Below, piece after piece: positions 1 to 7,167 of a stretch of DNA of 64,000 nucleotides. The position numbers and the translations under genes are program-made. The stretch comes from a virus (taxonomy: Duplodnaviria; Caudoviricetes). Under the pieces are notes generated by a model. It saw nothing but the letters and a program-made list of their open reading frames with translations. It was not told the DNA's origin and searched no databases. The stretch lies in the IMG/VR virus record IMGVR_UViG_3300043748_000050, positions 34,040-98,039 of that record; one strand, written 5' to 3'. How positions within the stretch are numbered: position 1 is the first letter of the stretch; each line of letters starts with the position of its first letter.

Positions 1-11
1 TAATTAAACCA

Positions 12-914
12 TCACGACGACGGCTCCACAACCCCCAACGCGCGACGGATTCCGTCCTCCAACGACACCTTCGGCTCGTAGTACAGGAGCATCCGGGTCG
101 GGTCGCCGACCCGGTACGCGACGCCGGCCGGCTTGTCCTCGAGCGGCTGGACCCACGGTCGGTAGCCGGCGACCGTCGCCATCGTCCCGGCCAGCTCCAG
201 GAACGACGTCGCCCGGCCGGTGCAGAGGTTCACCGGGTCCGTCGTCCCCGACTCCGCCACGGCCAGCGCCCCGGCCACGACGTCGTCCACGTGGATCCAG
301 TCGCGCACCTGCTCGCCGCTGCCCCATACCGTCAGCGGGTCCTCGCGCCGGCGGACCCGCTCGAGGATCGCCCGGAACGGGTACGTGTCGTCCTGGTCCC
401 CGCCGTAGCCGCTGAACGGCCGAACGACGGTCACCGGTCCCCCTGCCTCGCGCAGCCGGCCGGCCAGCAGCTCACCGGTCACCTTGGACCAGCCGTACAC
501 CTGGTCCGGGTCTATCAGCCCGTCGTCGCCCCATACGTCGGCCTCATGCAGCCTGATCCCGCGTACCCGTTGGAGATGCACCGGGTATGCCGCGCTGGAG
601 CTGAAGTACAACACGCGTCCGGGCCGTACGACGGCGGCCCACCGGAACATCTCCGCGTCGATGGACAGGGACTCCGCCGTGGCCAGCGGGTCGCCGTCGA
701 TGGTGGCCCGGCCGCCGACCACGGCGGCACAGTGCACCACCAGGTCCCAGTGCGGCATCGTGCGCAGCCGGACGTCCTCGGCGAACAGTCGCCGGCAGTC
801 CTGGGACCGCGTCACCTTCACATCGCAGCCGACGACGTCGTACCCGCGCGCTCGCAGCTCCGCCGTGAAGTGCTTGCCGAGGAACCCCCGGTCGCCTGTG
901 ATCAAAGCCCGCAT
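12..914 (-). CDS. NAD-dependent epimerase/dehydratase (extended SDR)
   Basis: Starts MRALITGDRGFLG (GxxGxxG), SSSAAY, catalytic YGWSK, VRDWIHVDD; start reassigned to ATG 914. Confidence 0.9.
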   Translation of the reverse strand: MRALITGDRGFLGKHFTAELRARGYDVVGCDVKVTRSQDCRRLFAEDVRLRTMPHWDLVVHCAAVVGGRATIDGDPLATAESLSIDAEMFRWAAVVRPGRVLYFSSSAAYPVHLQRVRGIRLHEADVWGDDGLIDPDQVYGWSKVTGELLAGRLREAGGPVTVVRPFSGYGGDQDDTYPFRAILERVRRREDPLTVWGSGEQVRDWIHVDDVVAGALAVAESGTTDPVNLCTGRATSFLELAGTMATVAGYRPWVQPLEDKPAGVAYRVGDPTRMLLYYEPKVSLEDGIRRALGVVEPSS

Positions 915-1009
915 GACTCGCTCCTCAGGAACAGGAAGACGCAGAAGACGACCGCCAGTCCCGGCAGCCAGATGACCGCCGATTCCTTGACGGCCCGCCA
1001 GACCCTCAC
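902..1009 (-). CDS. small membrane peptide (35 aa)
   Basis: GTGA overlap with upstream stop; MRVWRAVKESAVIWLPGLAVVFCVFLFLRSESCGL; fills the gap in the operon. Confidence 0.45.
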   Translation of the reverse strand: MRVWRAVKESAVIWLPGLAVVFCVFLFLRSESCGL

Positions 1010-1590
1010 CACCGGTCCCGCCTTCCGCTCGTGTTCGCGCCGTGCCAATGCCAGAGCCACGTACGCTGATTGCGGTGCTCGAAACGGGCGCCAGCGTCCA
1101 GCAGCCGCTCCCAGGTCCCCCAGTCGTCGCAGGGGTTGTCCGCAGGACCCTTGGCGTGGAACCCGCCGACGTCCAGCAGCAACTCGGTCCGCACCAGCAC
1201 GGTGATCGGGACGTAGTTGACGGACCGTAGCAACTCACGGTCGAACGGCTCGCCCTCGCGCTCCGGCCACGGGTCGCCCCCGGGGTGCTCGGGAATGGTG
1301 AACCACGGGTAGACGAGGTCGGCGCCGGTCATCTCGGCGTATTCGAGCAGCAGCGCGACGTGGTCCGGCAGCCACTCGTCATCGTCGTCGAGCAGCGCCG
1401 ACCACTCGGTGCGCACCGCCTCGAGCGCCCGGGTCCGGTTCGCGGCCGCGCCGAGCCGTTCGTGGTCCAGACTCACACTGATCGCGTCGACCGGCCGGCT
1501 CTGCGCCAAGACCGAACCGAGCGCGCGACGCAAGTAGGTGTCGGCCCGGGGCGGGATCGACGGGATGACCGCCGTGACGCCGGGCCTCAC
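1006..1590 (-). CDS. glycosyltransferase family 2 (GT-A)
   Basis: VTAVIPSI...RALGSVLAQS, LLDDDDEW (DxD), DDW; GTGA coupling to upstream gene. Confidence 0.85.
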   Translation of the reverse strand: MRPGVTAVIPSIPPRADTYLRRALGSVLAQSRPVDAISVSLDHERLGAAANRTRALEAVRTEWSALLDDDDEWLPDHVALLLEYAEMTGADLVYPWFTIPEHPGGDPWPEREGEPFDRELLRSVNYVPITVLVRTELLLDVGGFHAKGPADNPCDDWGTWERLLDAGARFEHRNQRTWLWHWHGANTSGRRDRW

Positions 1591-2180
1591 CGGGCGAGCA
1601 CCACCTGGAACAGCTCCGTCTGCTCGTGCCGGACGATATCCCAGCCGGCCTCCTCGATCATCGCCGCGTACCCCTCCCGGTCCCAGGCCCACGCGTGGCA
1701 GGCGTCGTGGACCCGGTCGGTCTCGTTGACCGGGCTGGAGCACACCAGGCGCCACGACTTCTGCCGGACCCACCGCAGCACGCCGTGCGGGTCGGCCAGG
1801 TGCTCGAGCACTTCGGTCATCACCCCGACGTCTCCGACCCGGACGCGGGACCGGTCCGCGCCGAACACGTCGGCCAGCTCCGCCGTAACGCCACGCTCGG
1901 CCCAACCGGCCGCGTTGCTGGGCTGGAAGTCGTAGCCCCAGCAGGTCGCGTCCGTGTACGCCTGCACGAGGCTGAGCAGGCCGCCGTCTCCGCACCCGAG
2001 GTCGGACACGGTCGTCGGCGGGTCGAGGTCGCAGACTGCGTCGGTGACGAACTGCGCGGCCAGGCGGAGCCGGCCTTGATGCCACTCCTGCTCGAGGTGC
2101 GGCGCGCGTTCGCGGTCGGCGTGGAACGCTGCCGTGGAGACGTGCGGAACCGATCCTTCGAACAGCTTCCACTCGCTCAC
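1587..2180 (-). CDS. class I SAM-dependent methyltransferase
   Basis: DLGCGDGG motif I, GYD, EVLEHL; GTGA coupling. Confidence 0.85.
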   Translation of the reverse strand: MSEWKLFEGSVPHVSTAAFHADRERAPHLEQEWHQGRLRLAAQFVTDAVCDLDPPTTVSDLGCGDGGLLSLVQAYTDATCWGYDFQPSNAAGWAERGVTAELADVFGADRSRVRVGDVGVMTEVLEHLADPHGVLRWVRQKSWRLVCSSPVNETDRVHDACHAWAWDREGYAAMIEEAGWDIVRHEQTELFQVVLAR

Positions 2181-2875
2181 CGGTGATCCGATCCGTACTC
2201 GGCCCGCACCCGGCGCAGGGCTGTGGCGAATCCCTCGCCGCTTCGGAAGTCCCGCCACACGCGGCAGTCGGTCAGGGTCGCCTCAGCCGCGTTGACCACC
2301 GAATACCGCTCGTCCATCGGCGTCTTGCCCGCCGCCGGGTGGATGTGCTCGATGACGACGTCCGGCAGGTACCGGAGCCCTCCCAGGGCTTGGCCCAGCT
2401 CTAGCCAGAAGTTGTCGACGTACAGATGCCGGAGGCACGGCGGGGCCATGTAGCCCAGCGCCCGTACGAGCCGGGACGGCAGGAAGGCGGCAGTCGGCAA
2501 CGCGGCGCCTTGCAGCAGGTCGTTGCCGTAGACCACGCGGGGCTCGAGGGTGTCGAGGGCACCGAGCACGTGGGCGTCCCAGCCAGCGGTGCGCGGCAGG
2601 TGGTCGTCACCCATGAACCCGAGGTGATCGTAGATGTCCGTGTACAGGCCGGCCGCCCAGTTGAGCGCCGACACCATTCCTTGCCCGCCCTGGCCCCGGT
2701 GGATCAGTAGCCGGGGTGCCGCCGTGTGGTAGGCGGGCAGTTCGGGATCGTCCTGGTCGGCGACGAAGACCAGTTCTGCGTTGAGCGAGTCGGTCTCCTT
2801 GAACGCGTTCACCAGCCGGGCCGCGTTCTGCGGCCGGCCACGCGTCGGGACGATGACCAGCAGTGGTGCGGTCAT
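2177..2875 (-). CDS. glycosyltransferase (GT-A fold)
   Basis: LLVIVPTRGRP, FMGDDH, HLYVDN, IEHIHP; RBS preceded by GACCACGGAA. Confidence 0.8.
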   Translation of the reverse strand: MTAPLLVIVPTRGRPQNAARLVNAFKETDSLNAELVFVADQDDPELPAYHTAAPRLLIHRGQGGQGMVSALNWAAGLYTDIYDHLGFMGDDHLPRTAGWDAHVLGALDTLEPRVVYGNDLLQGAALPTAAFLPSRLVRALGYMAPPCLRHLYVDNFWLELGQALGGLRYLPDVVIEHIHPAAGKTPMDERYSVVNAAEATLTDCRVWRDFRSGEGFATALRRVRAEYGSDHR

Positions 2876-2952
2876 GATTCCTCCGTTCCGTGGTCCGGTG
2901 GAGCGCCGGAAAGGTACCGGGAAATCCCCGAATCACCGCATGGCCGCACGAC

Positions 2953-2984
2953 GAAGCCCCGGGCCGTTGCGGCGCCGGGGCTTT
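2953..2984. terminator. intrinsic terminator hairpin
   Basis: AAGCCCCGG...CCGGGGCTT stem after gene 2994-3266. Confidence 0.7.
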
Positions 2985-2993
2985 GGGTGTTGG

Positions 2994-3266
2994 TCAGCCC
3001 ATCGGCTCCCGTTGACCGGTGAACCGGTTGAGCCGGACCCAAGAGCCGTCCGCGCGGCGGTCGGCCACGGAGTCGCGGTTGCCGTTCCGGCTCCTCTCGT
3101 TCCAGACGGCCACGTGACCGGGGACGTCCAGGCGGTCCAGGAAGTCCTTCGCCTCTCGGAACGTGGTGGACTCCTGCTCCCGGCCAGCGAAGCGGCGTCC
3201 GTCGCGGACCACGGTCTCGGTCGCCATGTAGGTCCGCTTGGCGTTGCGGGGAATTCGTGTGGTCAT
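2994..3266 (-). CDS. hypothetical protein (90 aa)
   Basis: ORF preceded by palindrome and GACCAAGGAG, followed by terminator. Confidence 0.7.
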   Translation of the reverse strand: MTTRIPRNAKRTYMATETVVRDGRRFAGREQESTTFREAKDFLDRLDVPGHVAVWNERSRNGNRDSVADRRADGSWVRLNRFTGQREPMG

Positions 3267-3294
3267 GGTCCGTGCTCCTTGGTCGGCGTCCTGG

Positions 3295-3310
3295 TGAATT
3301 AATTAAACCA
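3295..3310. promoter_or_regulatory. 16-bp conserved inverted repeat (operator-like)
   Basis: TGAATTAATTAAACCA; family member. Confidence 0.75.
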
Positions 3311-3343
3311 TCGACGTGGACGGAACGCAATCCAGGGCACGAC

Positions 3344-3373
3344 AAAGCCCCGGCGCCGCAACGGCCCGGGGCT
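3344..3373. terminator. intrinsic terminator hairpin, exact inverted copy of 2955-2984
   Basis: AAAGCCCCGGCGCCGCAACGGCCCGGGGCT. Confidence 0.7.
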
Positions 3374-3385
3374 CGACGGTCGAGG

Positions 3386-3565
3386 TCAGTCCTCCAATTC
3401 GGCGTAGTGGTAGTCGTGAAGCTCTGCGGCCTCGGCCATGTCCTCGTGGTCGCGTGCGGCGGCCCGGCACTGGCTGGCGCCCGAGGTGTCGGGGTCCTCG
3501 GCGGCGGTCCGGCGGAGGGCGGCGGCCTCTCCCCGGTGGTACCTGATGGCGTCGCTGCGCTTCAT
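3386..3565 (-). CDS. hypothetical protein (59 aa)
   Basis: MKRSDAIRYH...; GAGGAAGG RBS upstream. Confidence 0.65.
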   Translation of the reverse strand: MKRSDAIRYHRGEAAALRRTAAEDPDTSGASQCRAAARDHEDMAEAAELHDYHYAELED

Positions 3566-3618
3566 CGCGCGGTCCTTCCTCGGTGGGGTCGGATAAGAAG
3601 GCTCGTGTGTCGGACGGG

Positions 3619-3918
3619 TCAGCAGGTCTCCAGTTCGCCGACGACCTCCCACAGCGTGCTGTCGACGGTCCGGAGAACGTTCGTCACGCGGGGGCTGTCG
3701 TCGAGCAGGGCGACGGCGTCCAGGTAGCTCGCGGCCTCGTCCAGCGCGTTCAGGTTCGGGTCGAGCGGGCTGAGCCGCGTAGTCGCGTCCCGCAGGAGTC
3801 CGGCGAGGCCTTCGACGGTGGGTGCGTACTTGGTGACGGTGAGCCCGACGGCGTCGGCGATCCGTGCGGCGTAGTCGGCGTGCAGAGTTGCGACGGTGCG
3901 GGCGTTCTTGACCTTCAT
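3619..3918 (-). CDS. hypothetical protein (99 aa)
   Basis: GACCAAGGAATCGAGGAATC-ATG leader, directly downstream of hammerhead copy 1. Confidence 0.75.
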   Translation of the reverse strand: MKVKNARTVATLHADYAARIADAVGLTVTKYAPTVEGLAGLLRDATTRLSPLDPNLNALDEAASYLDAVALLDDSPRVTNVLRTVDSTLWEVVGELETC

Positions 3919-3934
3919 GATTCCTCGATTCCTT

Positions 3935-3995
3935 GGTCTGCCTCGTCAGTACCGGGGGACCGTTCCCGGCAGACGCCCCGCAGGGCGTTTCGGCT
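3935..3995 (-). ncRNA. hammerhead ribozyme, type II (copy 1)
   Basis: GCC-GAAA-CGCCC/GGGCG-UC-UGCCGGG(AACGGUCC)CCCGGUA-CUGACGA-GGC-AGACC: full core, three stems, GUC site (cut between 3972/3971), loop I GGUC can pair with 3' GACC. Confidence 0.88.
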
Positions 3996-4010
3996 ATCCA
4001 TGGTGGCGGA

Positions 4011-4214
4011 CTACCAGTCGCCGAAGGTGCAGACGATGGAGCAGCCGGACGCCCGACAGTCGTGGGCGCGGATCTCGGCGGCGCGCTCTTCGTCCTGCTG
4101 CGCGCGGGACTTCGCCCACCTCACCGGCTCGGCGCCGGCCTTCAGTTCCTCGCAGCGCGGGCAGCCGTCGAACTTCTGGCCGAAGCGCGGGGCGTGGTTG
4201 TGCTTCGTCGTCAT
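4011..4214 (-). CDS. small Cys/His-rich (probably Zn-binding) protein
   Basis: HNH...CPRC and HDC...C...C; GACCAAGGAA leader. Confidence 0.75.
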   Translation of the reverse strand: MTTKHNHAPRFGQKFDGCPRCEELKAGAEPVRWAKSRAQQDEERAAEIRAHDCRASGCSIVCTFGDW

Positions 4215-4257
4215 GGCTTCCTCGGTTCCTTGGTCAGGTGGTGCGTGGACAGGCGGG

Positions 4258-4353
4258 TCAGTTGTCGGTGCCGCGCTTCAACGGGACGAACACGACCCAC
4301 AGGGTGATGACGATCAGCGGGGCAAAGGCGGCGACGGTGATCAGGGCGTACAT
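4258..4353 (-). CDS. small membrane peptide (31 aa)
   Basis: MYALITVAAFAPLIVITLWVVFVPLKRGTDN; GACCAAGGAATGAGGGAG leader. Confidence 0.65.
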   Translation of the reverse strand: MYALITVAAFAPLIVITLWVVFVPLKRGTDN

Positions 4354-4390
4354 GGCTCCCTCATTCCTTGGTCGGTCGTGCGTGAACAGG

Positions 4391-5074
4391 TCAGATGAAG
4401 GTGCAGGTAGCCGAGTGCGTGCCGTTCGGCAGTCCGGTCAGGTCGGCGATCTCGTCACCGGTCAGGCGCAGCCGTTGGGCGAGCACCGCTCCCACGGCGG
4501 TGATTCGGTCCCAGTGCTCGTTCACGAGTTCGTCGGCGAGCTGGTGCACGATCAGGAAGTCGTTGTAGCCGCCCTCGAAGCCGAGGCCGGGGTTCCAGCC
4601 GAGAATCGCGCGGCGATCGCTATACGCTCCGAACTCGACTCCGACGGCGAGTTCGGGGGTCCACAGCCCGGCTTCGTGCAGCCAGCGGTCCTCGGCCCGT
4701 TCGCCGGCGCCCAGGAGGACGACGAAGTCCCGTCCGTCCGAGACGCTGCACGCCGCGACGTTGCCGCCGACCCGGTGACCTTCGATGACCATCCCGGCCG
4801 TGGCCCGCAGGTCTGCGGTGCGCCGGATCCACGCGTGGTGGACGAACCCGCCGGCCGCGAGTGCGGCAACGGCGTGGGCGGCTTCGTGCACTGCGCGCAT
4901 GCTGTCCCGCTGGTCGTCGGTCAAGTCGGCCAAGAGGACGTCACTGTCCACCACCCCGTCGGGAACCCGGTGCCGTGTCGGATACGGAGCACCGTTGATC
5001 ACCGCGTCGTCACGCCAGACGGGGACGGCCGGAGGGGTCCATGTCACGGGCGTGCTCTGCGCGGTGCCGGTCAT
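4391..5074 (-). CDS. HExxH zinc metallopeptidase-like protein (M41/FtsH protease-domain-like)
   Basis: AVHEAAHAVAA, LGAGERAE, SD; directly downstream of hammerhead copy 2. Confidence 0.65.
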   Translation of the reverse strand: MTGTAQSTPVTWTPPAVPVWRDDAVINGAPYPTRHRVPDGVVDSDVLLADLTDDQRDSMRAVHEAAHAVAALAAGGFVHHAWIRRTADLRATAGMVIEGHRVGGNVAACSVSDGRDFVVLLGAGERAEDRWLHEAGLWTPELAVGVEFGAYSDRRAILGWNPGLGFEGGYNDFLIVHQLADELVNEHWDRITAVGAVLAQRLRLTGDEIADLTGLPNGTHSATCTFI

Positions 5075-5094
5075 GGTCGGTTCCTCGTTTCCTT

Positions 5095-5155
5095 GGTCTG
5101 CCTCGTCAGTACCGGGAGACCGTCCCCGGCAGACGCCCCTCGGGGCGTTTCGGCT
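5095..5155 (-). ncRNA. hammerhead ribozyme, type II (copy 2)
   Basis: GCC-GAAA-CGCCC/GGGCG-UC-UGCCGGG(GACGGUCU)CCCGGUA-CUGACGA-GGC-AGACC; differs from copy 1 only in loops; cut between 5132/5131. Confidence 0.88.
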
Positions 5156-5156
5156 G

Positions 5157-5636
5157 TCAGGCGGAGAGTGCCTTCATGTACGAGTACAGGGCGTACACGA
5201 CGTCGTCGGTGCGGCCGGCGTCCAGCGAGGCGTAGAGCTTCGTCAGGCGGGACGGCTGGCGGCTGGCGAGCTTGACGAAGCCGATGGCGACCAGGTCTGA
5301 GAACATCCTGGGCGCCACGCCCTGCGGCGGGGTGATCTCCAGCGCGCGGGCCTGGACGGTCTCGCGGGCTGCTTCGAACCTCTCGTCGGTCGTGTCGTCC
5401 TTGTCGTCCGCCGTGGTGTCGCTCACGAGCGTCCAGCCCCACTTGACCATGTCCCGGACGGCCGTGCGGAAGGTGTGGAGGTCACCGCGCACGGTGTTGC
5501 GGGCGGTGACTCGGCCGTCCACCTTGACGATCTTCTGGCAGCGGTCGCGCCGGGCGGAGTGCAGGACGGTCAGGGTCTCGTTGCCCTTGGTGAGAACGGC
5601 CTTGTCCAGCTTCTCCGAGGTGGCGTTGGCGGTCAT
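5157..5636 (-). CDS. hypothetical protein (159 aa), first gene of accessory operon
   Basis: ORF with high GC3; palindrome and 5' hairpin upstream. Confidence 0.75.
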   Translation of the reverse strand: MTANATSEKLDKAVLTKGNETLTVLHSARRDRCQKIVKVDGRVTARNTVRGDLHTFRTAVRDMVKWGWTLVSDTTADDKDDTTDERFEAARETVQARALEITPPQGVAPRMFSDLVAIGFVKLASRQPSRLTKLYASLDAGRTDDVVYALYSYMKALSA

Positions 5637-5676
5637 GGTCCGCTCCCGTCTGGTCGTGGGTCGGGCTCTTCCCGAC

Positions 5677-5692
5677 TGATTTAATTAAACCA
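5677..5692. promoter_or_regulatory. 16-bp conserved inverted repeat
   Basis: TGATTTAATTAAACCA. Confidence 0.75.
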
Positions 5693-5777
5693 TCCGGGTG
5701 CGGGTCTCCACAAGACCCCGATTCCAAGAAGTTTCGGCCGACTCGCCGATCCGCTCACCTGCGGATACGGTGCCGAC

Positions 5778-6017
5778 ATGCCCGTACCCGACGCACCTCA
5801 CCCCCGACTCGCACCGTCGCCACAACCCTGGTGCATCGCCGTTCCGGACGGCGCCTGCTTCGACGGCGGAGTGGACTTCGTCCTCGGCCCGTACGACAGC
5901 GAGGCCGAGGCATGGGACGTCCACGGTCGGCTCGGCCACGACACGTGCGACTGCATGGCCGTCCCCGCGTTCACGGAGACGCCGAGAGGGGCCCCGGTCG
6001 CCCCGGAGCCCCTCTGA
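5778..6017 (+). CDS. hypothetical protein (79 aa)
   Basis: Fills gap between oppositely oriented genes; protein-like composition. Confidence 0.5.
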   Translation: MPVPDAPHPRLAPSPQPWCIAVPDGACFDGGVDFVLGPYDSEAEAWDVHGRLGHDTCDCMAVPAFTETPRGAPVAPEPL

Positions 6018-6034
6018 TCGGCCGTGCCATGACG

Positions 6035-6442
6035 TCACCGCCTCTTGTGCGCGCCCTTGTCCAGCATCGCCGTGGCCTTGGCCCGCGCCTCGGCCGCGCC
6101 GGCCTGCGAGTTGATGATGTACGCGATCACCAGCCCGAGCAGGGCCAGAGCCGCGAGGACCGCCACGACCACGACCAGTACGGCGGCCAGCACGGTGGCG
6201 CACAGCGTGAGGACGACGCACGCGAACAGCGCGACCCACAGCCACGGCAGGATCTTCTCCGCCACCGACTTCTCGGGGCCCTGACGGACGATGTGTCCGG
6301 CCGGGATCGGTTCTGATGCCGCGTAGTGGTGGTGCACGTGGAACTCCACCTTGCCCTCGGCACCCGGCGGCGGCGTCGGGTTGGCGCGCAGGTAGTGCTC
6401 AAGCTCCGCCGGGACGGTGGCGTACCTCCGCTCAATCTCCAT
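6035..6442 (-). CDS. membrane protein, possibly plasmid spread (Spd)-type
   Basis: Long hydrophobic segment; downstream of traB; GACCAAGGAA leader. Confidence 0.6.
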   Translation of the reverse strand: MEIERRYATVPAELEHYLRANPTPPPGAEGKVEFHVHHHYAASEPIPAGHIVRQGPEKSVAEKILPWLWVALFACVVLTLCATVLAAVLVVVVAVLAALALLGLVIAYIINSQAGAAEARAKATAMLDKGAHKRR

Positions 6443-6530
6443 GGTCGGATTCCTTCGGTTCCTTGGTCAAAGGGCCGCTGATCAGCGGCCCTGAATTAGT
6501 TGTACCACGTCGGCGGCCGGGTCAATCGGC

Positions 6531-6920
6531 TCAGTACGCGAGGGTGTAGCTCGTCCCGTCCGCCGTCTTCTCCTTCACCAGGTCGCCGTCGCCCACTCGC
6601 TCGTCCAGCCACTTGTACACCCACTGCCGCGAGCGTTCCGTGACTCCCATCAGGTCCCGGAAGTCCTGGAACGTGACCCGCTTGGCCCCCTTCCGCCGCA
6701 GCGAGACCAGCCGTTGGTACATCACGTCGTTCGCGTCCTTCGGGCTCATCACGGACTTCGGGGCGGGAAGTTCGATCACTGTGGCGCCGTCGCGCAGCCC
6801 GCCGAAGACGAAGCCCAGCGCCTCCTCGGCGACCGCCAGGCCGCACCGCGCGCACAGCGACACGACCTTCGTCAGCGTTGCCGGGGCGCCGCAGGAGGAG
6901 CAGTTCATTTCCTTGGTCAT
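6531..6920 (-). CDS. Zn-finger plus winged-HTH-like protein
   Basis: CSSC/CARC, then FQDF...ERSRQWVYKWL. Confidence 0.6.
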   Translation of the reverse strand: MTKEMNCSSCGAPATLTKVVSLCARCGLAVAEEALGFVFGGLRDGATVIELPAPKSVMSPKDANDVMYQRLVSLRRKGAKRVTFQDFRDLMGVTERSRQWVYKWLDERVGDGDLVKEKTADGTSYTLAY

Positions 6921-6921
6921 C

Positions 6922-7129
6922 TGTCAGCCTTCCTTGTGTCACGAATCGTTGTCCGCACCGGCCGGGCCGAGCGGGAGAGAACCTGAGGCCGAAAGTTCCC
7001 GACTTTGTCAGAGCCTCTGTCAGGCCCTGGTCACCGCCCGCGCCACCAGACAGCCAAGCCGTGTCTGCGGACGCGTCAGAGGTGCCACCAGGCCTTGTCA
7101 CAAACGTGTCAGGGCGGCCACCCCTGACA
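6922..7129. repeat. cluster of TGTCA(G/C) short repeats downstream of traB (candidate clt)
   Basis: Copies at ~6922, 6937, 7006, 7018, 7096, 7107, variant at 7074, inverted at 7124. Confidence 0.45.
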
Positions 7130-7167
7130 AGGGATGCCCGCCCTGAGGTCGCGTCAACCTCCTGGAC

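Noticed and set aside
5677-5692. 16-bp palindrome as parS or dif site
   Set aside because: No match to those consensus sequences; consistent position at gene starts fits an operator better
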